A stretch of 35,117 bases of DNA, from contig JBGVEZ010000070.1 of the NCBI GenBank assembly GCA_045120555.1, forward strand, positions 1 to 35,117, written 5' to 3'. Positions 1 to 8,456 of the stretch are shown here, in pieces. Source of the DNA: Eubacteriales bacterium. Lineage in GTDB: Bacteria; Bacillota; Clostridia; Oscillospirales; CAG-272. The stretch's first letter is position 1, and the number at the start of each line of letters is the position of its first letter. The translations under genes and the position numbers were made by a program. The notes beneath the pieces are model-generated. The model was not told the DNA's origin, did no database searches, and saw only the letters and a list, made by a program, of their open reading frames with translations.

Positions 1-2
1 AC

Positions 3-182
3 AACATAATCCAGATGCTTCCCACATCATACAACCAAATGAGAACCGTAACCATGAATTACGAGGTGCTCATCAATATGTATTACGCACGTAAGGCGCA
101 TAAGCTTGCCGAATGGCACGTGCTTTGCGACGCAATAGCTGATCTCCCGTACGCAAGTGATCTCATACTTATAAAGGAATAA
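3..182 (+). CDS. 3' end of a ThyX-like (flavin-dependent thymidylate synthase-related) protein, truncated by the window start
   Basis: Frame 3 is open from the window edge: NIIQMLPTSYNQMRTVTMNYEVLINMYYARKAHKLAEWHVLCDAIADLPYASDLILIKE*. The LPxSYNQxRT...NYEVL...R..HKL.EW pattern is recalled from ThyX-like proteins of Clostridia and their phages. Not in the ORF track. Confidence 0.6.
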   Translation, partial: NIIQMLPTSYNQMRTVTMNYEVLINMYYARKAHKLAEWHVLCDAIADLPYASDLILIKE

Positions 183-184
183 CA

Positions 185-234
185 AAAAGCTCCCGACCTT
201 CCGTCAAAAGCGGATATCGGGAGCATTATTTTTT
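185..234. terminator. Bidirectional intrinsic terminator between convergent genes
   Basis: GCTCCCGA (189-196) / TCGGGAGC (217-224) stem, with an A-run on the left and a T-rich tract on the right. Confidence 0.7.
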
Positions 235-532
235 ATCTTATGTGTGTATGCGAAACGACCCACTGCTTCATCTTAATGCCCATCCAGAAGCCGTAGATGC
301 CGAGTGTTATTACGGTAAGCAAGAACCACTTGATGTAGTTACCGAAAAGCTGTACACCGGTTCCGTCAAAATAAAGCTGTCTGCCGTCGATGTATGTTTT
401 TTCAGCCATCCATCTTTCCTTTATACAAACCGCCCACGGAGCGCCTATTCCGAAGGTTACCGCAATAAGCAATGCCTGAAGAATCGAAATACCGATAAGA
501 CCTAAAAGTCCGCCCTTGAATTCTGATTTCAT
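233..532 (-). CDS. DUF898/YjgN-family short membrane protein
   Basis: Motifs S.F.GGLLG, TFGIGAPWA, IDGRQLYFDGTG.QLFG.YIKW, ITLGIYGFW; two hydrophobic segments; AAGGGAG RBS upstream. Confidence 0.8.
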   Translation of the reverse strand: MKSEFKGGLLGLIGISILQALLIAVTFGIGAPWAVCIKERWMAEKTYIDGRQLYFDGTGVQLFGNYIKWFLLTVITLGIYGFWMGIKMKQWVVSHTHIR

Positions 533-554
533 AATTTGTTTCTCCCTTTATATT

Positions 555-600
555 TTTTTAAAAAGAGGTGCCCGCAAGGACACCTCTGATTTTTTATTTT
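555..600 (-). terminator. Intrinsic terminator of solute-binding protein 1
   Basis: AGAGGTG-CCCGCAAGGA-CACCTCT hairpin (564-587) followed by a T-run on the minus strand. Confidence 0.7.
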
Positions 601-602
601 AA

Positions 603-2174
603 TTAGTTCTCATAGGGGAACTCATAAGGATTCTTCAAAGTTTCCTTGAGTTTCCAGAAGTCCTTAGAAGCCTTCTTAGCGTTATCGGAATATCCACGGA
701 TAAGTGTACCGTAAACTGCGGACCACTTGGAGCCCTTAGCAGCACACTTAGACCACTGGTCAGCGATAGCAGCATCGGGAGAAATAACCTTTGTGAAGAT
801 ACGACCGATATCAAAGGATGTTGTACGTCTGATAACGTCGAAGGAGTTAGCATCGTCGGGCTGATCTGCATATCTACCCTTGAAGAGGTATTCGAAGATA
901 GCTTCTGTAGTATTGACCATACCTAAGTAGCCGCCCCATTCAATAAAGCCTGCTGCGGATTCTTCTCTTTCAAGATCATAGTTACCGGAGTAGATGCCCC
1001 AGAGTGTGAAGGGGTTACCTGCAACGCACTTATAATCTACCTGTGCTTCATCATACTTAGGAAGCGGGAGAACGCCGTATTCACATTCTTCAACGCCTTC
1101 ATTGAAGAACTCACGGATGTCACGGATACGTGTTACCTCAGCGATGTCGTTCTGTCTTGTTGCGAACGTCGTCTTAGGCTCTGCGTTGTAAGCGTGATCG
1201 GATGTGAAGAGCTCACCGAGACGGTCATTGAGGTCGATAGACTTCTTGCTTCCATAGTCGGAGGAAACAACAACGAGTTCTGTGTCCTTAGTTGCATTGT
1301 TATTGATCTCAGCATACTTAAGATCTGCACCTACGTAGAATGCATCGAGGTGATAGTTGAAAGAACGGAGACCGAAGCCGTCATTTTCGGACTTGGAACC
1401 ATTCTGGTCAACGTCCTGATAATAGCTTTCTACGAGCTTATACATTTCTTCAAGAGTCCACTTACCTTCGTCAACAAGCTCATAGAGATAATTGTAATCA
1501 ACACCAAGGTTTGTAAGAAGGTCCTTGTTGAAAATGAAGCCGTATGTAAGGAAAAGGAGGTTGGTGGAGATATCACCGGATACGAAGTATCTGTTACCGC
1601 CTATGTTAACCTCGTCAATAAGAGCCTGGGGATACCATGAGTGAGAAAGGTCAATATAGTTAGGATAGAAGTTTACGGGGAGATAGAAGCCCTTCTGAGA
1701 AAGAAGACCTGCTGTTCTGGAATAGGTAGCAATAATATCAATATCAACGTCGCCGTTCTGAGCTACTGTTTCAACGTACTTGAGATAGGAATCTTCATTA
1801 CCTGTAGAACCCTTCTGCTCAGTCCATACGATCTCAGAAATACCAAGCTTACCCTTAAGCTGATTATTTCTTTCAAAAATAGCGGCATTAACTGTGTCGG
1901 AACCTGCATTTTCTTCGAGCATTTCAAATTCATCGTGCTCGGAGTTCCAGCAAAGAATGTACATGATCTTTTCTTCAGTTTCATGTCTTTCCTTCATCTC
2001 GGTGGGATCGAAGGGTTTGTCTTCCTTGACTACATCACCGTCTTCGGATCCTTCAGGCTCTGTTGTCTGATCGGGAGCAACGGTTGTTTCGTCACCCTTA
2101 CCACCTTCAGCACAGGAAGCAAGAACCGTAAGCATCATAAGCAATGCAAGAATCAAGCATAATACTTTTTTCAT
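603..2174 (-). CDS. Extracellular solute-binding lipoprotein (ABC family-1-like), paralog 1
   Basis: Signal peptide with LASC lipobox, Thr/Glu-rich linker, motifs FNKDLL, V.EGKWTLE, D-x-D-x-N-G loop, YGVLPLPKYDE; AAGGAG RBS. Confidence 0.8.
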   Translation of the reverse strand: MKKVLCLILALLMMLTVLASCAEGGKGDETTVAPDQTTEPEGSEDGDVVKEDKPFDPTEMKERHETEEKIMYILCWNSEHDEFEMLEENAGSDTVNAAIFERNNQLKGKLGISEIVWTEQKGSTGNEDSYLKYVETVAQNGDVDIDIIATYSRTAGLLSQKGFYLPVNFYPNYIDLSHSWYPQALIDEVNIGGNRYFVSGDISTNLLFLTYGFIFNKDLLTNLGVDYNYLYELVDEGKWTLEEMYKLVESYYQDVDQNGSKSENDGFGLRSFNYHLDAFYVGADLKYAEINNNATKDTELVVVSSDYGSKKSIDLNDRLGELFTSDHAYNAEPKTTFATRQNDIAEVTRIRDIREFFNEGVEECEYGVLPLPKYDEAQVDYKCVAGNPFTLWGIYSGNYDLEREESAAGFIEWGGYLGMVNTTEAIFEYLFKGRYADQPDDANSFDVIRRTTSFDIGRIFTKVISPDAAIADQWSKCAAKGSKWSAVYGTLIRGYSDNAKKASKDFWKLKETLKNPYEFPYEN

Positions 2175-2240
2175 AATAAATTACTCCTTGTTTTATTTTT
2201 CGGGCGCGCCAAGAGGCACTTATCCCTTTGGAATACATTT

Positions 2241-2269
2241 ATTATATCACAAATCCATTTTTATGTCAA
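2241..2269 (-). promoter_or_regulatory. SigA-type promoter of solute-binding protein 1
   Basis: Minus strand TTGACA-17 nt-TATAAT with extended -10 TG. Confidence 0.8.
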
Positions 2270-2278
2270 GAGTACGAT

Positions 2279-2489
2279 TTCGGAGAATGTCAAAAAATTC
2301 GGCAATTTAACGAAATTCGCAAAAATTCTTTTCGAGATTTGCCAATCCTTTTCTTTTGATTTTTTATTTTTTCTCGAGCTAAAATTCAAACCATTTATAT
2401 TTTTTTGTGAAATGTACCTATTATATTTTTTATACCTGCGACATCGTAGAGCATTTTGCACAAATCGAAAATTTGTTAAATTTGTACAA
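2279..2489. promoter_or_regulatory. Array of imperfect ~17-bp palindromes (putative operators) upstream of the paralog 1 promoter
   Basis: TTCGGAGAATGTCAAAA 2279-2295, TTCGGCAATTTAACGAA 2298-2314, TTGTGAAATGTACCTAT 2405-2421, TAGAGCATTTTGCACAA 2447-2463, TTGTTAAATTTGTACAA 2473-2489. Confidence 0.4.
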
Positions 2490-2503
2490 GGACACAAAGC
2501 GAA

Positions 2504-2540
2504 GCACCGCGGCAGAAAAGTGTAATCTCTGCCGCAGTGC
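2504..2540 (-). terminator. Hairpin terminator of solute-binding protein 2
   Basis: GCACCGCGGCAGA...TCTGCCGCAGTGC stem 26 nt downstream of the stop codon; weak U-tract. Confidence 0.6.
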
Positions 2541-2566
2541 CGTTACGACCTTGCATTATACGTTAA

Positions 2567-4138
2567 TTACCTGTTTTCGTAGGGATAATCATAAGGATTC
2601 TTCATAGTTTCCTTAAGTTTCCAAAAATCCTTGGAGGCTCTCTTTGCACCGTCCGAATAGCCACGGATAAGAGAACCGTATATAGACGACCACTTAGAGC
2701 CGGAGACTGCGCAATTGGACCAGGTATCAGCCATCATATTACTTGACGTAATAACTCTTCCGAAAATTCGACCGATATCAAAGGACGTTGTTCTTCTGAT
2801 TGTATCAAAGGATGCCGCGTCGTCGGGCTCGTCTGCGTATCTTCCCTTAAAGAGATATTCAAATATTGCCTCTGTGGTGTTATGTACTGCGTAATATCCG
2901 GACCATTCGATGAACGCTGCAGCACATTCCTCGCCCTTAAGATCAAAGTTACCGGAGTAAATTCCCCAGAGAGTGAAGGGGTTAGCCGCAACGCACTTAT
3001 AATCCGTCTGAGCTACATCATACTTCGGAATCGGAAGCACGCCGTAATTCATCTCGTCAACGCCCTCCTTGAACATCTCGCGGATGTTACGAATACGGGA
3101 TATAAGCATTATGGAGTTTGCCCGAACGGCGAAATTTACCGCAGAATTACTGTCGTTTATAGCAAAGTCGGATGCGAAGATCTCACCGAGACGGTCGCTG
3201 AGGTCGATCGACTTCTTGCTTCCGTAGTCGGAAGAAACAACAAAGAGCTTATCCGCAGTGGTTGCATTGTTGTCAATTTCAGCATACTTAAGACCGCAGC
3301 CGGTATAGATAGCATCAACATGGAGGGATTCGGTACGGAGGCCGATAGCGTCAGCTGCAGATTTGGTTCCGTTTCCGTCGGCATCGTGATAGTATTCACC
3401 GGTAAGCTTGAGCATTTCGTCAAGCGTCCACTTGCCGTCGTCAACAAGCTCGTAGAGGTAGTTATAGTCAACGCCGATATCCTCGAGGATATCCTTATTG
3501 AACACGCATCCGTAGGTAAGGAAGAGGAGGTTTGTGGAAATATCGCCGGAAAGGAAATATACGTTTCCGCCGATGGTTACCTCGTCAAGAAGAGACTGAG
3601 GATACCAGGAATGCGTAAGATCGATATGCTTATCATAAAAGTTCACGGGAGCGAGAAATCCCTTTTGGGAGAGAAGCGCTGCCGATCTTGAATAAGTTGC
3701 AACAACGTCTATCGGAACGTCTCCGTTCTGAGCAACTGTCTCGACGTACTTAAGATAGCTTGCTTCGTTTCCGTTAGAGCCCTTCTGCTCATTCCATACT
3801 ATCTCGGAAATACCGAGTGTACGCTGCACCTGATTATTTCTTTCAAAAATTGCGGCATTAACTGAATCACCGCCGACCGCTGTTTCAAGCATTTCAAATT
3901 CATAATGCTCTGAGTTCCAGCAAAGGACGTTAATAACCTTTTCCGCAGCTTCGTTTTCTTCTCTCATTTCGTTAGCGTCAAATGGCTTTTCTTCAGCGGG
4001 AACCGTTTCTTCAGCGGATTCGGTTACCGATCCCTGAGGCTCTGTCGTCACCTCATCCTCTTTTCCGCCTTCCGCGCACGCAACGAGAGACGTAATAAGC
4101 ATGACGGAAAGAAGAATAAATGCCAATAATTTCTTCAT
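2567..4138 (-). CDS. Extracellular solute-binding lipoprotein, paralog 2
   Basis: LVAC lipobox; collinear and highly similar to paralogs 1 and 3 (VETVAQNGDV, SGDISTNLLF, AIFEYLFKGRYA, IRRTTSFDIGRIF); AGGAGG RBS. Confidence 0.8.
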   Translation of the reverse strand: MKKLLAFILLSVMLITSLVACAEGGKEDEVTTEPQGSVTESAEETVPAEEKPFDANEMREENEAAEKVINVLCWNSEHYEFEMLETAVGGDSVNAAIFERNNQVQRTLGISEIVWNEQKGSNGNEASYLKYVETVAQNGDVPIDVVATYSRSAALLSQKGFLAPVNFYDKHIDLTHSWYPQSLLDEVTIGGNVYFLSGDISTNLLFLTYGCVFNKDILEDIGVDYNYLYELVDDGKWTLDEMLKLTGEYYHDADGNGTKSAADAIGLRTESLHVDAIYTGCGLKYAEIDNNATTADKLFVVSSDYGSKKSIDLSDRLGEIFASDFAINDSNSAVNFAVRANSIMLISRIRNIREMFKEGVDEMNYGVLPIPKYDVAQTDYKCVAANPFTLWGIYSGNFDLKGEECAAAFIEWSGYYAVHNTTEAIFEYLFKGRYADEPDDAASFDTIRRTTSFDIGRIFGRVITSSNMMADTWSNCAVSGSKWSSIYGSLIRGYSDGAKRASKDFWKLKETMKNPYDYPYENR

Positions 4139-4168
4139 ATAGAAAGTCCTCCTATAATTATTTAGTTT

Positions 4169-4197
4169 ATTATATCACAGACGGCTGATTTTGTCAA
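4169..4197 (-). promoter_or_regulatory. SigA-type promoter of solute-binding protein 2
   Basis: TTGACA-17 nt-TATAAT with extended -10 TG on the minus strand. Confidence 0.8.
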
Positions 4198-4247
4198 TAG
4201 AAACAGTATTTTTTTACAAGCATTAAATGATAAGTTTGTCTATAATA

Positions 4248-4291
4248 AAAGAAAAACCGGGGCTGTCTCACTGAATAAGTGAGACAGCCCC
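4248..4291 (-). terminator. Intrinsic terminator of solute-binding protein 3 (perfect 14-bp inverted repeat)
   Basis: GGGGCTGTCTCACT (4259-4272) / AGTGAGACAGCCCC (4278-4291), then GGTTTTTCTTTT on the minus strand. Confidence 0.75.
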
Positions 4292-4316
4292 AATATTCAT
4301 TAAATAAATACAGTTA

Positions 4317-5885
4317 TCAGTTCTCGTACGAAACCTCGTAAGGATTCTTCATCGTTTCCTTAAGATTCCAGAAGTCCTTTGATGCCTTCTTTGCGTTATC
4401 CGAATATCCGCGGATAAGCGTACTGTAGATCGTTGCCCACTTGGATCCCTTTGTAGCACAGGCGGACCATTTGTCTGCCATGATATTATCAGGAGAAATA
4501 ACTACCGCAAAGATACGTCCGATATCAAAGGAGGTAGTTCTTCTGATAATGTCAAAGGATGCAGCGTCATCGGGCTCTTCTGCGTATCTTCCCTTGAAGA
4601 GGTATTCGAAGATAGCCTCTGTGGTATTGTACATACCGTAGTAGCCGGACCACTCTATGAATGCAGCAGCACATTCCTCGGAATCCAGATCGTAATTACC
4701 GGAATAAACGCCCCAAAGAGTAAAGGGATTAGCCGCTACGCACTTATAGTCTTCCTGGCTTTCGTCGTATTTCGGAAGCGGAAGAACACCGTAATCCATT
4801 TCATCAACGCCTTCCTTAAAGAGCTCGCGGATATCACGGATACGGGAAATGAGCATGATAGAGTTAGCCTGAACAGCAAAGTTCTTTGCACAGCTGCCAT
4901 CATTTATCGCATAATCGGATGCGAAGATCTCACCGAGACGGTCGTTGAGATCAATTGACTTCTTGCTTGAAAAGTCAGGAGAGATGATAACGAGCTTTTC
5001 GGAATCAGTTGCGTTGTTATCTATTTCAGCGTACTTAAGACCCGCGCCCGTATAGATGGAGTCAACGTGAAGAGACTGTGTACGGAGACCGATAGCATCC
5101 TTTACAGACTTTTTCCCGTCGCCGTCAACGTCGTGGTAATATTCACCGGTAAGAGTAAACATCTCGTCAAGAGTCCACTTTCCCTTGTCAACAAGCTCGT
5201 AGAGATAGTTATAGTCAACACCGATATCAGTGAGGATGTCCTTGTTGAATATACAGCCGTATGTAACGAAAAGAAGATTTGTAGAGATATCACCGGAGAG
5301 GAAATAAACGTTTCCGCCGATGGTGATCTCATCAAGAAGAGACTGGGGATACCAGGTGTGTGTAAGATCGATGTGCTTATCGTAGAAATTCAAGGGTGCA
5401 AGGAAGCCCTTCTGTGAACAGAGAGCCGCAGATCTTGCGTATGATGCGATAACGTCGATCGGAACGTCACCGTTCTGTGCTACCGTCTCTACATACTTAA
5501 GAAACTTAGTTTCATTTCCGGCAGTTGCAACCTGCTCAGTCCATATGATCTCCGAAAAACCGAGTGTACGCATTACCTGATTGTTTCTTTCAAATATCGC
5601 CGCGTTTACCGAGTCGCCGCCGATTTCTGTTTCAAGTATTTCAAATTCGGGATGCTCGGAGTTCCAGCAAAGAACGTTCATGACCTTCTCGGATGCAAGG
5701 TTCTTATCCCTCATCTCAGTAGCGTCAAAGGGCTTTTCTTCAACGGGACCGTTTCCTTCCTCGGGCTCGGTTACTGATCCCTGAGGCTCTGTTGTAACCG
5801 TCTCCTCCTTGCCGCCCTCAGCGCACGCAACAAGCGTTGTCAGAAGCATAACAGCCAGAAGGATTAATGCTAAAAATTTCTTCAT
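4317..5885 (-). CDS. Extracellular solute-binding lipoprotein, paralog 3
   Basis: LVAC lipobox; same motifs as paralogs 1 and 2; AAGGAGG RBS. Confidence 0.8.
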   Translation of the reverse strand: MKKFLALILLAVMLLTTLVACAEGGKEETVTTEPQGSVTEPEEGNGPVEEKPFDATEMRDKNLASEKVMNVLCWNSEHPEFEILETEIGGDSVNAAIFERNNQVMRTLGFSEIIWTEQVATAGNETKFLKYVETVAQNGDVPIDVIASYARSAALCSQKGFLAPLNFYDKHIDLTHTWYPQSLLDEITIGGNVYFLSGDISTNLLFVTYGCIFNKDILTDIGVDYNYLYELVDKGKWTLDEMFTLTGEYYHDVDGDGKKSVKDAIGLRTQSLHVDSIYTGAGLKYAEIDNNATDSEKLVIISPDFSSKKSIDLNDRLGEIFASDYAINDGSCAKNFAVQANSIMLISRIRDIRELFKEGVDEMDYGVLPLPKYDESQEDYKCVAANPFTLWGVYSGNYDLDSEECAAAFIEWSGYYGMYNTTEAIFEYLFKGRYAEEPDDAASFDIIRRTTSFDIGRIFAVVISPDNIMADKWSACATKGSKWATIYSTLIRGYSDNAKKASKDFWNLKETMKNPYEVSYEN

Positions 5886-5915
5886 TAAAAATTCCTCCTT
5901 ACAGGTATTTTCCTT

Positions 5916-5944
5916 ATTATATCATATTAATTTATTTTTGTCAA
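5916..5944 (-). promoter_or_regulatory. SigA-type promoter of solute-binding protein 3
   Basis: TTGACA-17 nt-TATAAT with extended -10 TG. Confidence 0.8.
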
Positions 5945-5980
5945 TAGTTACAAAAGCTTTTTACGAATTCTTTTTCATTT

Positions 5981-6682
5981 TTATGAATTCATATAGAATT
6001 CGCGAAGATCGTCAAGCCTTAGTATCATGGGATCGTATCCGCCCGACACACCGGCATCAATATCGATCCAAGAACCACGGTTCACAGCTCTGCCCGCATA
6101 CTCCTTGCCGTAAAGTCTTGACGGTGTGTGACCGAAGACGAGTATTTTATCGTCGTAAAAAGTATCAAAATAATCCGGACGCGTCCAGAGCAGCTCGTGG
6201 CGTGTATATTCTGAAAGCGGCTTATCCTTATCAAAATTACCAAGTCCGCTGTGAGAAAGCACGAATTTACGTCCACCGCATTCGACCTCTTTATACAATG
6301 GCGCATTTTTTAGATATTCAAGTATTTCCGCTCTCACCCTCGGCGTTTGCTTTCTGAGTGCCTTAAGGGTTTCACCGCCTCCGTTGAATTGCCAGAGATA
6401 AAGCTTTTCAAGTGACGATTTACTCAGCGAATCAACGCTTTCGTTCGTTATCTCTGCAAAAACGAATTCGCATTCAAGCATCATTTCCTCGTGATTGCCG
6501 AGAAGAAGCACAACGTTGGGCTGCTTCATTATCCATTTAAGAAGGTCAACGCCCTCGCTCCCCCTGTCTATCACGTCGCCAAGGACGTAGCAAACGTCAT
6601 CCTCGCAAAAGCCTGTGCTGTCAAGAAATTCCACAAAATCCTCAAGAGAATACCCGTGAAGATCGGACGTTACGTATATCAT
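5981..6682 (-). CDS. Calcineurin-like metallophosphoesterase (PPP/lambda-phosphatase-like Ser/Thr phosphatase)
   Basis: SDLHG, GDVIDRG, GNHE, HSG, FGHTP, IDIDAG motifs. Start re-assigned to ATG 6682 (GGAGG 8 nt upstream), because the longer ORF (6796) would span its own promoter. Confidence 0.85.
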   Translation of the reverse strand: MIYVTSDLHGYSLEDFVEFLDSTGFCEDDVCYVLGDVIDRGSEGVDLLKWIMKQPNVVLLLGNHEEMMLECEFVFAEITNESVDSLSKSSLEKLYLWQFNGGGETLKALRKQTPRVRAEILEYLKNAPLYKEVECGGRKFVLSHSGLGNFDKDKPLSEYTRHELLWTRPDYFDTFYDDKILVFGHTPSRLYGKEYAGRAVNRGSWIDIDAGVSGGYDPMILRLDDLREFYMNS

Positions 6683-6719
6683 TTTCATTTCCTCCCGTAC
6701 AGTATTGTTTTCACATACA

Positions 6720-6748
6720 ATTATACCACATATCCCACCTTTTGTCAA
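6720..6748 (-). promoter_or_regulatory. SigA-type promoter of the metallophosphoesterase
   Basis: TTGACA-17 nt-TATAAT with extended -10 TG. Confidence 0.8.
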
Positions 6749-6823
6749 CACAGAAATTGATCCGGCGCAAGGACGAGAATGTAAAATAACTTGCATATAT
6801 ATGTAAATAAATATAATAAAGTA

Positions 6824-6852
6824 TTGAAAAATATATATTTATATGATATAAT
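6824..6852 (+). promoter_or_regulatory. dnaA promoter
   Basis: TTGAAA-17 nt-TATAAT with extended -10 TG, within a very AT-rich tract. Confidence 0.7.
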
Positions 6853-6890
6853 ATATAATAAATACGACAAAACAAAGAAAGGAAAACGCT

Positions 6891-8456
6891 ATGGATTTTG
6901 AAAAAGACCTAAAGGAATTCTGGCCGACCCTGCAGAATCTGCTGTATTCCTCATTTCCGCAAGCTACATCGAATTTTTACTTTTCAAAAACGTATCCGGT
7001 AGAATACGATTACGCCTCGTCAACGCTTACCGTTATCTGCACCAATTCCTACGTATACTCGTTTTTCTGCGGTGAGCAGGCTAAAATAGAACAAACTCTC
7101 CACGACGCATTCCGTGTTGCAATAAACGTAAACTTTCTTGAACAGCCCGAAGCTATAGATCCCTCCGTATATAAAAAGCGTATTATAGAGGACGAAAAAA
7201 AGAAAGCTGCCGAAAACGAATCACTCAAGGAAAGAGCAAACGAAATACTTATGAAGGACCATCCCGAGTATTTCCGTGCTCAAAGATCTCCTGCGCAGGT
7301 AAGCACCAACGAATACGAAGCTGAAGCTCCGGCACCCGCCGTGCCCGATGCGGTGAAGGAATCAAGCTCCGATAACGGAGATTTTATAGAATTCACGAAA
7401 AACGGAAAGAGAATACGCCTCGGCTCAACTCTCCCCGCCTTCAATCCGAACTACACCTTCGATAAATTCATCGAGGGCGAATCCAATAAATTCGCAAAGG
7501 CTGCCTGCTATGCTGTTGCAACAAAGCCCGCATCCGGATACAACCCTCTGTTCATTCACGGTGCAAGCGGACTCGGTAAGACCCACCTTCTTTACGCTAT
7601 CATAACAAAGCTTAAGGAGGATTTCCCGGACAAAAAGATCATGTTTATCCCCTGCGAGCAGTTTGCGAACCAGATGATCCAGTGCATCGCCGCAAACGCA
7701 ATGCCGGAATTCCGCGAAATGTTCAGAACCCGTGACATCCTGCTTATCGACGATATTCAATTCATCGAAGGAAAGCCCTCGACGCAGGAGGAAATATTCC
7801 ATACGATAAACGCGATGATCGATAAGTGCCAGATAATCTTCACGTCCGACCGCCCGCCGAGTGAGATGAAAAACCTTGAGGACCGTCTCCGCACAAGATT
7901 CGAATGGGGACTCCTTGCCGACATACAGCCGCCGGACCTCGAGCTTCGTGTTGCACTCTTCAAGAGCAAGGCCGAAGAAAATAACATAAAGATCAACGAT
8001 GACGTTATCCTCTTCCTTGCTGAAAACCTCCGTTCCAACGTACGACAGATCGAGGGCGCGATCAAGCGCTTCTCCGCAAGAGCTTTTCTTATCGGACGCG
8101 ACGGGGAGATCGACATGGAATACGCACGCTCGTGTCTGCCTGACCTTCTCGGAACGGACGAGCCTATTGAGGTAACGGTCGATAAAATCTTTTCTGCGGT
8201 ATACGATAAATACTCTGTATCAAAGGATAGCCTCATAGGCCCGTCGAGAGTAAAGAACATAGCATACGCAAGAAAGGTTGCGATCCACCTCATAAAGCAG
8301 AAATGCGGTCTTTCCGTTAATTCTCTCGCATCAATGTTCGGCAGAGATCACAGTACGGTAACAACGCTTCTTAACGATTTCAATGCAAAAAAGGATATTG
8401 ACGAAAAGATCATGAGCGATCTTAACGACCTTTACGGAAAGCTCGGAATCAAGTAA
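6891..8456 (+). CDS. dnaA: Chromosomal replication initiator DnaA
   Basis: YTFDKFIEGESN, YNPLFIHGASGLGKTHLL (Walker A), LLIDDIQF (Walker B), RLRTRFEWGL, NVRQIEGA, GRDHSTV. Confidence 0.98.
   Translation: MDFEKDLKEFWPTLQNLLYSSFPQATSNFYFSKTYPVEYDYASSTLTVICTNSYVYSFFCGEQAKIEQTLHDAFRVAINVNFLEQPEAIDPSVYKKRIIEDEKKKAAENESLKERANEILMKDHPEYFRAQRSPAQVSTNEYEAEAPAPAVPDAVKESSSDNGDFIEFTKNGKRIRLGSTLPAFNPNYTFDKFIEGESNKFAKAACYAVATKPASGYNPLFIHGASGLGKTHLLYAIITKLKEDFPDKKIMFIPCEQFANQMIQCIAANAMPEFREMFRTRDILLIDDIQFIEGKPSTQEEIFHTINAMIDKCQIIFTSDRPPSEMKNLEDRLRTRFEWGLLADIQPPDLELRVALFKSKAEENNIKINDDVILFLAENLRSNVRQIEGAIKRFSARAFLIGRDGEIDMEYARSCLPDLLGTDEPIEVTVDKIFSAVYDKYSVSKDSLIGPSRVKNIAYARKVAIHLIKQKCGLSVNSLASMFGRDHSTVTTLLNDFNAKKDIDEKIMSDLNDLYGKLGIK

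Noticed and set aside
2175-2240. Riboswitch in the paralog 1 leader
   Set aside because: Leader is only about 60 nt, with no recognisable aptamer or terminator.
603-5885. Diversity-generating retroelement or invertible shufflon acting on the paralogs
   Set aside because: No reverse transcriptase or recombinase in the window, no adenine-specific template/variable repeat pair noticed, and all three copies are complete with their own promoters.
6683-6796. N-terminal extension of the phosphatase ORF (also extensions at 11061, 25557 and 26727)
   Set aside because: They overlap promoters or upstream genes, or lack an RBS; downstream ATGs have better RBS or family-typical starts.
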